From: Pseudomonadota bacterium | GTDB taxonomy: Bacteria; Bdellovibrionota_F; JAHFAK01; JBDREC01 | Length of the DNA: 26,254 nucleotides | Direction of reading: 5' to 3' | Assembly (NCBI GenBank): GCA_043820105.1 | Contig: JBDREC010000004.1 | Coordinates: forward strand, 131,682-157,935 | In this document: positions 1 to 10,151 of the stretch, one piece after another | Layout of the letters: each line of letters opens with the position of its first letter | How positions within the stretch are numbered: position 1 is the stretch's first letter | Notes under the pieces: model-generated | What the model saw: the letters and a program-made list of their open reading frames with translations, nothing else | Databases searched by the model: none | Told to the model about the DNA's origin: nothing | Made by a program: the position numbers and the translations under genes

Positions 1-1
1 G

Positions 2-511
2 CAAGTAAAAAACATTTTTTGCTTTGAAAGTTTTTTTGATTTAAATAAACTGCTTGAGCAAAAAATAAATGAGCAGCAATTTGATGTTATAATTCATTTG
101 GCGGCAGTAAGTGATTATTCTATTAAGGAAATTATTGTTGATGATAAAATTTTTAGCCCAAGTCAGGTCTGTAAATTAGATTCAACTTCTGATGTGGCAA
201 TTAAGTTGAAGCCAAATTTTAAGATTGTTACCAGGATTAAAGAATATGCCCATGACTATAATCCCTTTTTAATTGCCTTTAAACTTACAAATACGGGATC
301 AGAAGATGATCGCTTAGAAGCTGCATTAAAACTCTCAATGAAAAACTATGTTGATCTATTGGTTCACAATGACCTTAATGAAATGGATGATAGAAATCAG
401 CACATTTTTAGTATTTATAATAAGAATAAAGTTTTACGAAAGTGCAACTCAGCTGTTGAGCTTGCTGAAGCTTTGGATGGTATCCTAAAAATTAAAATGA
501 TGGGGGTATAG
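2..511 (+). CDS. coaBC: Phosphopantothenate--cysteine ligase (CoaB / C-terminal part of CoaBC), 5'-truncated by the window edge
   Basis: The frame is open from base 2 (QVKNIFCFESFFDLNKLL...FDVIIHLAAVSDY). It has the CoaB motifs 'D.IIHLAAVSDY', 'KL.S', 'LKPNFKI', 'LIAFKL' and 'DLLVHND', and lies directly upstream of coaX and panD. Confidence 0.85.
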   Translation, partial: QVKNIFCFESFFDLNKLLEQKINEQQFDVIIHLAAVSDYSIKEIIVDDKIFSPSQVCKLDSTSDVAIKLKPNFKIVTRIKEYAHDYNPFLIAFKLTNTGSEDDRLEAALKLSMKNYVDLLVHNDLNEMDDRNQHIFSIYNKNKVLRKCNSAVELAEALDGILKIKMMGV

Positions 512-516
512 AGAAG

Positions 517-1299
517 ATGATATTAACCTTAGATGTTGGAAACAGCCAAATATTTGGTGGAGTTTTTGGAAATGATGATTTGTTATTTAAATTTAGAAGA
601 TCATCCAAACAAGGATTTTCTTCTGATGAAATAGGTTTGTTTTTAAGAGATGTTTGCAGGGCAAAGGACATTGATCCAAAATCTATTAAAGATGTATCAA
701 TTTGTTCTGTTGTTCCTGATATGAATCATTCTCTACGAAATGGATGCTTAAAGTATTTTGATATTGAGCCATTTTTTTTGAAACCAGGGACAAAAACCGG
801 ACTAAAAATAAAATACAGAAATCCATTAGAAGTTGGAGCTGACAGGATAGCTAACGCTATTGCAGCTATAAACATTTATCCAAATCAAAATATTATTATT
901 GCTGACTTTGGTACTGCAAACACAATCTGTGCAGTGAATTCAAGCAAGGAGTTTTTAGGTGGTATTATTTTTCCTGGTCTTAGACTTTCTATGGAAGTTT
1001 TAGAAGCAAAGACTTCCAAGCTTCCTGCTGTTGAAATTGTTGTGCCAAGTGAAATCATCGGAAAATCAACAATTGAAGGTATTCAATCAGGGCTCTATTA
1101 TTATAATTTCGCAGCTATTCAATATTTGACAAAAGAGATTAAAAAAAACTATTTTAATAATAGTGATGCTGTTGTTATAGGAACTGGTGGTTTTGGATCC
1201 TTATTCGAAGGCCAATCTTTATTTGATACATATTTGCCAGACCTTGTATTAATGGGTCTGAATGATGCTTTAAAAATGAACAGAAAAGAGGAAGTTTGA
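517..1299 (+). CDS. coaX: Type III pantothenate kinase
   Basis: PanK-III motifs 'LTLDVGNS', 'SVVP', '[11 protein letters not shown]', 'DFGTA' and 'TGG'. Located in a CoA operon. Confidence 0.96.
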   Translation: MILTLDVGNSQIFGGVFGNDDLLFKFRRSSKQGFSSDEIGLFLRDVCRAKDIDPKSIKDVSICSVVPDMNHSLRNGCLKYFDIEPFFLKPGTKTGLKIKYRNPLEVGADRIANAIAAINIYPNQNIIIADFGTANTICAVNSSKEFLGGIIFPGLRLSMEVLEAKTSKLPAVEIVVPSEIIGKSTIEGIQSGLYYYNFAAIQYLTKEIKKNYFNNSDAVVIGTGGFGSLFEGQSLFDTYLPDLVLMGLNDALKMNRKEEV

Positions 1300-1300
1300 A

Positions 1301-1648
1301 ATGCAAAGAGAAATGTTAAAATCAAAAATTCATAGAGCTTCTGTGACAGATGCAAACCTGGAATATGAAGGTTCAATTAGTATTGATTCGATATTGCTAG
1401 AGGCAGCCGATATTTTGCCTTTTGAAAAAGTAGATATCTATAATTGTAATAATGGGAATCGGTTTGCAACTTATGTTATCCCTGGCAAAAGAGGCGAAAT
1501 TTGCCTAAATGGAGCAGCTGCTCGTCTGGTACATAAAGGTGACAAGGTAATAATTGCCGCATATTCTTTTTATCATAATGATTCGTGCACTAAACACGAT
1601 CCTAAAATTGTTTTACTTAACGAGGCTAATGAAATTATAAACAGCTAA
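1301..1648 (+). CDS. panD: Aspartate 1-decarboxylase (pyruvoyl proenzyme)
   Basis: '[23 protein letters not shown]' self-cleavage site, plus '[10 protein letters not shown]' and 'CLNGAAAR'. Confidence 0.98.
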   Translation: MQREMLKSKIHRASVTDANLEYEGSISIDSILLEAADILPFEKVDIYNCNNGNRFATYVIPGKRGEICLNGAAARLVHKGDKVIIAAYSFYHNDSCTKHDPKIVLLNEANEIINS

Positions 1649-1711
1649 ATTGTGAATGTACGCACTTGCCTTATTTTAGAAAAGGAAGGGGTGTTTAACT
1701 CAAAAAAAGAC

Positions 1712-1852
1712 GGCTCAAAATTCCCAGCGGAATTTTGGCCTTGATCTCACCGCGCTATTTTCCAAGTATAAGTAAAATGAAATTTACAAATTGAAGAACA
1801 CTTAAAGGCGGAGATTTCATTTAACTTCTACTAGGAAAAACCGGCTAGCGCG
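1712..1852. other. Structured intergenic element (short hairpin followed by a long imperfect hairpin)
   Basis: A 9-bp stem CAAAATTCC/GGAATTTTG (1716-1724/1729-1737). Long inverted arms at about 1751-1785 and 1812-1852, closed by CGCGCTA/TAGCGCG. Confidence 0.6.
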
Positions 1853-2012
1853 CCTCCGATACACTTTTTTTAAATTAACTTCCCTGAGATTTTCAGAAAA
1901 AATAAATGCCATACACTAAACACTTGATCTTATTTTTAAATTTGGTTAAAAATTATCCATAATTTTATCTAACTTATTAATATTTTAATTACTATGGAGT
2001 TTTAAATAGCTT

Positions 2013-2936
2013 ATGTCAGTTATTGAAATTAATAATTTAACTAAAGATTTTAGGGCCGATTTTTGGAAGAAAAAGGTTAGAGTGCTCCACGATCTTTCAT
2101 TTACGGTTAATAAGAATGAAATTTTTGGTTTTTTGGGTTTGAATGGGGCTGGAAAATCTACTACAATAAAAATATTGATGGGTATTTTATATCCGACTTT
2201 TGGAAGTGCTACTATTTTAGGAAAGAAAATAGGGCATGTTGCTACAAAAGATGGAATTGGTTTTTTACCTGAAAACCCTTATTTTTATGAATATCTTACT
2301 GCATATGAGTTTTTAAATTTTCATGGAAAAATATTTAAAATTTCTCATAAACAGCGTGCTAAAAAAGCTGATGAACTTTTAGAGCTTGTAGGCATGACAC
2401 ACGCAAAAGATGTTCCCTTGAGAAGATTTTCAAAGGGAATGCTACAAAGGATTGGCCTGGCACAAGCCTTAGTTAATGATCCTGATCTTGTTGTTCTTGA
2501 TGAGCCCCAATCAGGTCTTGATCCTATTGGAAGAAAAGATGTTCGTGATATTATTTTGAACTTAAAAGATAACGGAAAAACTGTATTTTTCTCTTCACAT
2601 ATTTTGCCTGATGTTGAAATGATATGCGACAGAATCGCTATTATTCACAAGGGAAAGCTTGTTGATGTTGGTTATGTTGGTGATCTAATAAATCCTCAAA
2701 TCCTGGGTATTGAAATTGTATTTGATGCCAAAACCGACTTTGATCTTGAACCAATGAAGAGTTTTACAAATAATATTAGCAGGAATGTTAATAGAATTAA
2801 TGTAGAAGTTGACAGTGAAGATAAACTAAAAGAAGTTTTAAGTTTTACTTCAAAGAATCATCTACCACTAGTCTCTGTGACACGTCATAAAGAAACACTT
2901 GAGGATATTTTCTTGAAAAAAGTCGAGGTGATTTGA
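2013..2936 (+). CDS. ABC transporter ATP-binding protein, PilH-like (type IV pilus-associated)
   Basis: Walker A GLNGAGKST, signature FSKGMLQR, Walker B LVVLDEP and H-loop SSH. The order ATPase-permease-prepilin peptidase mirrors pilH-pilI-pilD of Myxococcus. Confidence 0.9.
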   Translation: MSVIEINNLTKDFRADFWKKKVRVLHDLSFTVNKNEIFGFLGLNGAGKSTTIKILMGILYPTFGSATILGKKIGHVATKDGIGFLPENPYFYEYLTAYEFLNFHGKIFKISHKQRAKKADELLELVGMTHAKDVPLRRFSKGMLQRIGLAQALVNDPDLVVLDEPQSGLDPIGRKDVRDIILNLKDNGKTVFFSSHILPDVEMICDRIAIIHKGKLVDVGYVGDLINPQILGIEIVFDAKTDFDLEPMKSFTNNISRNVNRINVEVDSEDKLKEVLSFTSKNHLPLVSVTRHKETLEDIFLKKVEVI

Positions 2937-2937
2937 T

Positions 2938-3705
2938 ATGAAACAAATTTGGGTAATAGCGACAAATACATTTAAAGAAGCCATTAGAAATAAGATTCTA
3001 TACGGTTTTGTATTCTTTGCAATTGTTATGATGTTTGGCTCCTTAGTTCTTAGTGATATGGCTTTAGCCGCTGACAGTAAGGTTGTAACAGACCTTGGTC
3101 TTGCTTCTATTGCGATTTTTGGGATTTTTATTGCTATTTTTGTGGGCATTAATTTGGTTTATAAAGAGATTGAGAAAAAAACTATTTATACAATAATTTC
3201 AAAACCAATTGCTCGGTATCAATTTGTAATTGGTAAGTATGTTGGTCTTTTGCTCATGCTTTTTGTTCAAATTGCATTAATGACTATTGTATTATCTGCA
3301 GTGATATTTTCAAATGACGGAACCATAAATCCAAATATTTACACAGCAATTATTATGACCTATTTTGAGTTAATGATTATTACGGCGATTTCCATTTTCT
3401 TTTCTGCTTATTCTTCTCCTTTTTTAAGCTCAATGTTTACAATATCAGCATATATAATAGGACATGTTACAACAGACCTGCTTTATTATGGGTCTAAAGC
3501 TAAATTTATTGGTTTGAAAATTATATCTATTGTTGCTTATTATGTTTTTCCAAATTTAGAGAAATTTAATATTCGAAGTCGGGTTGTTCATAATATTGAT
3601 ATTCCTTTTATGGAGCTTTTTTATTCTGTTCTTTATTCTTTTTTCTGGGTGGCTTTACTGATTGTTGGAGCCATTTTATTGTTTCAGAAAAGAGATTTTA
3701 AATGA
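2938..3705 (+). CDS. ABC-2 type permease, PilI-like
   Basis: About 6 hydrophobic segments, 'IATNTFKEAIRNK', 'KEIEKKTIYTIISKPI.R.QFVIGKY' and C-terminal 'FQKRDFK'. Adjacent to the ATPase gene. Confidence 0.88.
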   Translation: MKQIWVIATNTFKEAIRNKILYGFVFFAIVMMFGSLVLSDMALAADSKVVTDLGLASIAIFGIFIAIFVGINLVYKEIEKKTIYTIISKPIARYQFVIGKYVGLLLMLFVQIALMTIVLSAVIFSNDGTINPNIYTAIIMTYFELMIITAISIFFSAYSSPFLSSMFTISAYIIGHVTTDLLYYGSKAKFIGLKIISIVAYYVFPNLEKFNIRSRVVHNIDIPFMELFYSVLYSFFWVALLIVGAILLFQKRDFK

Positions 3706-4466
3706 CCTGGTTCGTTTTATTTGCTCCTTATATTTTTGTTTTCATTTTTGGTGCTTGTATTGGTAGTTTCTTAAATGTTGTTATTTATAGACTTCCGGTT
3801 GATGAATCAATAGCTCATCCTCCATCTCATTGCTTTACTTGTGGGTCAAGGGTTAAACCCTATGAAAATATACCCATGCTAAGCTATGTTTTTTTAAAAG
3901 GAAGATGTGGCAGATGTAAATCAATTATTTCACCCAGATATTTTTTTGTTGAATTAATAACGGCTTGTTTAGCTATGTTAGTTTTTCATTTTTATGGCTA
4001 TACATATTCAACACCAATATATTTTGCTTTTATCGCAGCATTAATTATTGTAACTTTTATAGACATAGATCATCGAATTATTCCTGACAGCATTAGTATT
4101 GGTGGAACAATTTTTGGAATTATTTTAGCATTCTTTTTTAATCACATTACCTTCCTTGAATCTTTTATTGGAGCCTCTTTTGGATTTATCTTTTTAGCGC
4201 TAATAGCTTTTGGATATTTGTTTATAACGGGAAGAGAAGGAATGGGCGGCGGAGATATAAAGCTTATTGCAATGATTGGCGCTTTTTTAGGAATCAAGGG
4301 AGTCCTATATGTAATTCTTATATCCTCTGTTTTGGGAGTAATATACGGATTATCAATTATGCTCATTAAAAAAGAAGGCATGAAATATCAAATGCCCTAT
4401 GGACCTTTTTTAGCCATTGGAGCTTTAATCATAAGCTTTACAGGAGCAGATCTTTTGTTTTTTTAA
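3702..4466 (+). CDS. pilD: Prepilin peptidase / N-methyltransferase (A24 family)
   Basis: 'GSFLNVVIYRLP', two CxxC pairs (CFTC, CGRC), 'IDIDHRIIPD', 'GMGGGDIKL' and 'PYGPFL'. ATGA overlap with the permease stop. Confidence 0.96.
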   Translation: MTWFVLFAPYIFVFIFGACIGSFLNVVIYRLPVDESIAHPPSHCFTCGSRVKPYENIPMLSYVFLKGRCGRCKSIISPRYFFVELITACLAMLVFHFYGYTYSTPIYFAFIAALIIVTFIDIDHRIIPDSISIGGTIFGIILAFFFNHITFLESFIGASFGFIFLALIAFGYLFITGREGMGGGDIKLIAMIGAFLGIKGVLYVILISSVLGVIYGLSIMLIKKEGMKYQMPYGPFLAIGALIISFTGADLLFF

Positions 4467-4475
4467 TTTAAGAAG

Positions 4476-4503
4476 TTGAAATTTAGGATTAGTAATTTAT
4501 AAT
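4476..4503 (+). promoter_or_regulatory. Putative sigma70-type promoter of hsp20-lon
   Basis: TTGAAA (4476-4481), 16-nt spacer, TATAAT (4498-4503), then an AAGGA RBS before ATG 4532. The AT-rich background lowers specificity. Confidence 0.45.
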
Positions 4504-4531
4504 ATATTCTACTATAAGGAAAAAACGATTT

Positions 4532-4993
4532 ATGAGTTCAATTAGTAAAGAAACAATTCAAAAGCTTTTTTTATTCCAGCAAGAGGTTTCAAAAAGTTTT
4601 AGAGATATATTTAGGGATGAAAATCAAACAAATGAAACAACCTCAATCTATGATAATGTTAATTTTCCAGTTCCTGTTGATGTTTTTGAAACTGATGATG
4701 AAATAATAATTGAAGCAGAACTTCCAGGAATGAGTAAAGAAGAAATTGAAGTTACAGTTGAAGAAGATTTAATTATTATTAAAGGATATAAAAAAGATAG
4801 ATCAGCACAACCTCAAAAACCACATTTTTATTGCATGGAAAGAGATTTTGGAAAGTTTAATCGTGTTATAGATATCCCTTCAAGTGTTAATATTAATAAT
4901 GCAGAAGCTACATATGATAGTGGAATTTTACATATTGAAGTTCCAAAAATAAAAGAAAAAAGAGGCGTAAAAAGAAAGATAGAGGTTAATTAG
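4532..4993 (+). CDS. Hsp20/alpha-crystallin small heat shock protein
   Basis: 'PVDVFET.DEIIIEAELPGM', 'MER.FGKF.R.I.IP' and 'A.YDSGILHIEVPK'. Confidence 0.95.
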   Translation: MSSISKETIQKLFLFQQEVSKSFRDIFRDENQTNETTSIYDNVNFPVPVDVFETDDEIIIEAELPGMSKEEIEVTVEEDLIIIKGYKKDRSAQPQKPHFYCMERDFGKFNRVIDIPSSVNINNAEATYDSGILHIEVPKIKEKRGVKRKIEVN

Positions 4994-4997
4994 AAAG

Positions 4998-7391
4998 ATG
5001 TTTGATTTTAATGGAAATATTATAAAGGTTCCTGATAAATTGCCACTTTTACCTGTTAAGGATGTTGTTATTTTTCCTCACATGATAATTCCCCTTTTTG
5101 TGGGAAGAATTTCATCAGTTTCAGCTGTTGATGATGCCTTAACGAAAGATAGGCTAATAATGTTAACAGCTCAGAAAGATCAAGATCAGGATAATCCCTT
5201 GCCAGATGGAATTTATAAAACAGGAACAATCTGTTCAATTCTTAGAATGCATAAGCTTTCAGATGGTAGGCTAAAGATACTTGTTCAAGGTCTTTTTCGT
5301 GGACGCATAGAAAAATATTCAGAGTATGGAAATGTTTCATTTGTAAAAGTAAAAAAAATCCAAGATATAGAACACTCATATGATACGCTATCTGTTGAGG
5401 CTTTATTAAGAAATACAAGAGCCATGCTTGAAAAGGTAATTTCATCTGGAAAGTTGATGGTCCCTGATCTTCAAATACTACTTGAAGAAATAAATGATCC
5501 TTCAAGGGCAGCTGATATAATAGCTGGAAATCTAGGTTTGAAAATAGATGATGCACAAAATATTTTAGAAATTCTTGATCCAATAGTAAGATTAAAGGAT
5601 GTAAATAAATTATTAACTAAAGAGCTTGAGGTTATTGATTTACAAAGTAAAATTAAATCTCAGGCAAGAGACGAAATAAGCAAATCTCAAAAAGAATATT
5701 TTCTAAAAGAGCAAATGAAGGCGATTCGAAATGAGCTTGGATATTCTGATGCTAAAACTGATGAAATAGACGAGCTTCGAAAAAAGCTTGCTGAAAGTGA
5801 TTACCCAGATCATGTCTTAGAAGAAGCAGAAAAGCAACTTCGCAGGCTAGAGACTATGCATGGGGACTCTTCAGAAGCCAGTATTGTTCGCACTTATCTT
5901 GATTGGCTAATTTATTTGCCATGGGAGTTATCCTCTGAGGACAATCTTGATATAACAAGAGCAAAGAAAATTCTTGATGAAGATCATTATGATTTAGATA
6001 AGATAAAGGAAAGGATCCTTGATTATCTGGCTGTTTGTAAATTAAAAAAATCAATTAAAGGTCCCATTCTTTGTTTTGTTGGTCCTCCTGGAGTTGGAAA
6101 AACATCTTTGGGTAAATCAATAGCCAGGGCAATGGACAGAAAATTTATGAGAATGTCACTCGGCGGAATCAAGGATGAAGCTGAAATCAGAGGGCATAGA
6201 AGAACCTATGTTGGAGCTATGCCAGGCCGAATTGTACAAGGTATCAAGCAAGTTAACACAAACAATCCTGTTTTTATGCTTGATGAGATCGATAAGTTGG
6301 GTGCTGACTTCAAGGGAGATCCATCTTCAGCTTTGCTGGAAGTTCTTGATCCAGAACAAAACTTTGCTTTTCAAGATAACTATCTTGGCTTATCCTTTGA
6401 TTTGTCAAAGGTCTTGTTTATTGGAACTGCTAATCACATTGATACCGTTCCCCCTGCTTTAAGGGATAGAATGGAAGTAATATATTTAGCGGGATATTCA
6501 GAAGATGAAAAACTTCATATTGCCAAGCAGTTTATAATTGAAAAACAAATTGTTGAAAATGGCTTGAAAAAAGGAAGCTATATTTTATCAGATAAAATAC
6601 TGGAGTCCATAATTAGATATTACACAATGGAAGCTGGATTGAGGAATTTAGAACGAGAAATTTCTACTGTTTTTAGAAAAATAGCCAGAAAAGTTGCTGA
6701 AGGAAAAAAGGTTCCTAAAAATACTACTCTAGCACAGATAGAAAAGTATTTAGGTGTAAAAAAATATCATGGCGAATCTGAGATAAAAGCAGATACCGTG
6801 GGCATATCTACTGGGCTTGCCTGGACTAGAGTTGGTGGTCAAATATTGTATGTTGAAACTTCCATTACAAAGGGTAACAAGGGTCTTATTTTAACAGGCC
6901 AGCTTGGCAGTGTTATGAAAGAGTCCGCTATAGCGGCTCTTAGTTATATAAAAGCCAATGCTTTAAAGTTTGAAATTAGTCCAGACGTTTTTGATAAAAT
7001 TGAAATACATGTCCACGTTCCAGCGGGTGCTATTCCCAAAGATGGTCCATCTGCTGGCACTACAATCGCTGCCTCAATTCTTTCTGCAATTACACAAAGG
7101 CCTGTTAGAAGAGACTTTGCAATGACTGGAGAAATCACCTTAAGAGGTAGAATTTTGCCAGTAGGCGGGATTCGTGAAAAAGTACTTGCAGCTCAAAGGA
7201 ATGGGATTTTTAATATTATTTTGCCAATGGAAAATAAAAAAGATACAACAGAGATTCCTCTTCATATAAAAGAAAAAATGAAATTTTATTTTATTGAAGA
7301 AGTATCTGAGGTTTTTGACTTGCTTATAGTAAAACCAAGGAAAAAGAAAAAACAAGCAAACATAAACCATGTTCAAGAAGCAAGAGCTTAA
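4998..7391 (+). CDS. lon: ATP-dependent Lon protease (LonA)
   Basis: N-domain 'LPLLPVKDVVIFP', Walker A GPPGVGKT, Walker B MLDEIDK, catalytic Ser 'PKDGPSAG' and Lys 'GGIREK'. Confidence 0.98.
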   Translation: MFDFNGNIIKVPDKLPLLPVKDVVIFPHMIIPLFVGRISSVSAVDDALTKDRLIMLTAQKDQDQDNPLPDGIYKTGTICSILRMHKLSDGRLKILVQGLFRGRIEKYSEYGNVSFVKVKKIQDIEHSYDTLSVEALLRNTRAMLEKVISSGKLMVPDLQILLEEINDPSRAADIIAGNLGLKIDDAQNILEILDPIVRLKDVNKLLTKELEVIDLQSKIKSQARDEISKSQKEYFLKEQMKAIRNELGYSDAKTDEIDELRKKLAESDYPDHVLEEAEKQLRRLETMHGDSSEASIVRTYLDWLIYLPWELSSEDNLDITRAKKILDEDHYDLDKIKERILDYLAVCKLKKSIKGPILCFVGPPGVGKTSLGKSIARAMDRKFMRMSLGGIKDEAEIRGHRRTYVGAMPGRIVQGIKQVNTNNPVFMLDEIDKLGADFKGDPSSALLEVLDPEQNFAFQDNYLGLSFDLSKVLFIGTANHIDTVPPALRDRMEVIYLAGYSEDEKLHIAKQFIIEKQIVENGLKKGSYILSDKILESIIRYYTMEAGLRNLEREISTVFRKIARKVAEGKKVPKNTTLAQIEKYLGVKKYHGESEIKADTVGISTGLAWTRVGGQILYVETSITKGNKGLILTGQLGSVMKESAIAALSYIKANALKFEISPDVFDKIEIHVHVPAGAIPKDGPSAGTTIAASILSAITQRPVRRDFAMTGEITLRGRILPVGGIREKVLAAQRNGIFNIILPMENKKDTTEIPLHIKEKMKFYFIEEVSEVFDLLIVKPRKKKKQANINHVQEARA

Positions 7392-7418
7392 TTAAATAAA
7401 TAAATTAGGAATTAATTT

Positions 7419-8690
7419 TTGGATCCAATCATAACTTCATATATTGTATCACTTGTGCTATTGCTGTTTTTATCAGGTTTTTTTTCAGCCTCTGAAACTG
7501 CACTGATATCACTAAATGAACTAGATATTGTAAAATTACGAAAAGAAAAAAATAATAAGGCTGAAATCTTAACAGATGTTTTAAAACATCCACGTGAATA
7601 TTTAGTGACAGTTTTAATTTGTAATGAAACAGTAAATGTTTTATCATCTTTGGTTACAGCTTCTTTTGTATATTATCTTTTTCCTCAAAAACCCTGGTGG
7701 TATTTAACGATTGTTTCAATATCAATTATTACTCCACTTCTACTGGTGTTTGGAGAGATTTCACCAAAAAGTGTAGCTATTAGATTTCATGTGAAATTTT
7801 CTTTGATGGCCATTGGTGCTGTTTTGCTAATAAAAAAGCTTACTAGTCCAGTTCGATATGTTTTATCAAACTCCGCTCAAAAAATCGCAAGCTTTGTTCC
7901 CTTTAAAAACTCAGAAAAAGACTCCCATATAATGGAAGATGAGTTTCGCACTCTTGTTGATTTTAGTGCAGAAGAGGGTATTTTAAAAAAACATGAAGGC
8001 GATTTGATTCATAATGTGTTTGATTTTACTGATAAGCGAATATTTGATGTAATGGTTCCCAGAACAGAAATGGCCTCTATCCCTTCTGATATTTCATATG
8101 ATGCACTTGTTAAGTTTTTTAATGAAAACCATTTTTCAAGGATTCCGGTTTATAAGGATCATGAAGATAACATTATTGGAATATTAATTGTTAGAGATCT
8201 TTTGGGAATATCGAAAGAAGATGTTGAAAAAAACGGGCTTAATATAGAATCCCTTTTAAGAAAGGCTTATTTTGTACCAGAATCCAAAATGGCAGCAAAG
8301 CTTTTTAGAGAATTAAAATTAAAGAAGTTTCATATGGCTATTGCAGTTGATGAATTTGGAGGTATCGCGGGTGTAGTAACAATGGAAGATTTATTAGAGG
8401 AAATGTTTGGTGAAATTAAAGATGAATATGATGTTGATGATTGGCAATACGATAAGCTATCAGATGGAAAATTTAAAGTTTCTGCTCAAATGGACCTTGA
8501 AGAGTTAAATGATCTTTTGGGAACATCTATTAAGCAAGAAGATGTTCGAACCATAGGTGGATATGTCTTTTTCAACTTTGGAAGACTTCCAAGAAAAGGC
8601 AATTATATTGAAAAGGATGGTTATAAGTTCACTGTTGAGAGAATTAAGGGTACAAAGCTTTTGGAAATATTGATTGAAAAACAAGAATAG
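7419..8690 (+). CDS. Hemolysin-family / CNNM (DUF21)-CBS-CorC protein (CorB/TlyC-like)
   Basis: 'SGFFSASETA', 'FGEISPK', 'VMVPR', 'FSRIPVY' and 'VDEFGGIAGVVTMEDLLEE.FGEI.DEYD', then a C-terminal transporter-associated domain. TTG start. Confidence 0.93.
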   Translation: MDPIITSYIVSLVLLLFLSGFFSASETALISLNELDIVKLRKEKNNKAEILTDVLKHPREYLVTVLICNETVNVLSSLVTASFVYYLFPQKPWWYLTIVSISIITPLLLVFGEISPKSVAIRFHVKFSLMAIGAVLLIKKLTSPVRYVLSNSAQKIASFVPFKNSEKDSHIMEDEFRTLVDFSAEEGILKKHEGDLIHNVFDFTDKRIFDVMVPRTEMASIPSDISYDALVKFFNENHFSRIPVYKDHEDNIIGILIVRDLLGISKEDVEKNGLNIESLLRKAYFVPESKMAAKLFRELKLKKFHMAIAVDEFGGIAGVVTMEDLLEEMFGEIKDEYDVDDWQYDKLSDGKFKVSAQMDLEELNDLLGTSIKQEDVRTIGGYVFFNFGRLPRKGNYIEKDGYKFTVERIKGTKLLEILIEKQE

Positions 8691-8770
8691 TATTTAGTAT
8701 TCTGTATTCAGTATTCAGTATTCAGTCTTATTTTACTGAATACCAAATACCAAATACCGAATACCAAATA
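8689..8770. repeat. Inverted heptamer-repeat hairpin: (AGTATTC)x5 - loop - (RAATACC)x5
   Basis: Left units at 8689-8726 and right units at 8735-8770 are reverse-complementary, with an 8-nt loop. Confidence 0.9.
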
Positions 8771-8788
8771 GGATTAATAATATTCACT

Positions 8789-10036
8789 ATGTCGTTATTA
8801 GTTGCTTTATCCATAATAATACTTTGCCTTTTAATGGAAGCTTTTTTCTCGGGATCTGAAGTAGCAATCATTTCTTATGATAGAATCAAGCTTCGTCACA
8901 AGGTAGAGAAAAAAGAAAACTGGGCCAAGATAATTAGTCATTTTATTGCTCATCCTGGCAAATTGCTGGGCACAACTTTACTTGGAACAAATATTTCAGT
9001 TATTTGTGGATCAACAGCAGCTACAATTTATGTTATATTTAATTATGGCCAAAAATATGAACTAATTGCCTTTTTTATTATGTCACCTTTAATTTTATTT
9101 TTTGGTGAGATTTTGCCAAAAGTAATAGCCAGGCAATATTCATTATCTTTAACTCCATTAATCGCTTTTCCTATTTCTTTGTTTTCATATGTTATATTTG
9201 CACCCTTTGTTATTATTATTAATATATTCACTAATTTTCTTAATCGATTAATGGGCGCCAGAAAAATTACAGCTTCTTCTAAGGTTACTAAAGACGATCT
9301 TGATCATCTTATTCATAAGAGCCATAAAACCTCTGATGTTGAGAGACACGAAGCAGAGATGATAAAAAAGATTCTTCAATTTTCTAAAAAAACAGTTGAA
9401 AATATTATGATTCCTTTGGTTGGCGTTGAAGCTTTGAAGACAGAAGCATCAGTTGAAGATGCTATGCAAATGATGCTTAAATCTGGTTTTTCCAGGATAC
9501 CTGTTTATACTGATAAAGTAATTAATATTATTGGTATTGTTCATACCTTTGATATAATATTTAAAGCAGATAAGTCAGAAGAAATTGGAAAATATCTTTC
9601 AAAGGTTGATTTTATTCCAGAATCCTATCCTATTGATAAACTTCTTTATGATTTCCAAAAAGCAGGGTCAAACATTGCTATAATTGTTGATGAGTACGGT
9701 ACTGCAGTTGGAATTGTTACAATGGAAGATATTTTAGAAGAAGTTGTTGGTGAAATTGAAGATGAATATGATATTGAGGAAAATTTAATAAAGAGACTTG
9801 GAACTCATAAATACTTAGTAAATTGTAGAATTGAAATAGATAAATTCAATGAACTTTTACCCTTTACAATTGAAGAAGGTGATTATGAAACACTCGCTGG
9901 TTTTATTTTATACCTTTTAAATAGAATTCCAGCAAATGAAGAAGAGTTTGCTTATGGAAACCTTAAGTTTAAGATAAAAAAAGCTTCTCTAAGGGCTATT
10001 GAAGAAGTAATTATTACTTTAAATGGCTCTAAATAA
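8789..10036 (+). CDS. Second hemolysin-family / CNNM-CBS-CorC protein (tandem paralog)
   Basis: '[10 protein letters not shown]', 'FGEILPK', 'FSRIPVY', '[29 protein letters not shown]' and 'YETLAGF'. Confidence 0.93.
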   Translation: MSLLVALSIIILCLLMEAFFSGSEVAIISYDRIKLRHKVEKKENWAKIISHFIAHPGKLLGTTLLGTNISVICGSTAATIYVIFNYGQKYELIAFFIMSPLILFFGEILPKVIARQYSLSLTPLIAFPISLFSYVIFAPFVIIINIFTNFLNRLMGARKITASSKVTKDDLDHLIHKSHKTSDVERHEAEMIKKILQFSKKTVENIMIPLVGVEALKTEASVEDAMQMMLKSGFSRIPVYTDKVINIIGIVHTFDIIFKADKSEEIGKYLSKVDFIPESYPIDKLLYDFQKAGSNIAIIVDEYGTAVGIVTMEDILEEVVGEIEDEYDIEENLIKRLGTHKYLVNCRIEIDKFNELLPFTIEEGDYETLAGFILYLLNRIPANEEEFAYGNLKFKIKKASLRAIEEVIITLNGSK

Positions 10037-10151
10037 AACCTGTTTTAAGAATTTGACAAATCATTTTATATCACTTAACTCTTTTTAATTATCATTAACG
10101 GTTCGGTAGGGACATGCATTTTTCTTATAAATTTTAATAGGAGAATATTTG

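Noticed and set aside
10053-10081. TTGACA -35 box upstream of the MFS gene
   Set aside because: There is no convincing -10 hexamer at 16-18 nt spacing, so it is not supportable in AT-rich DNA.
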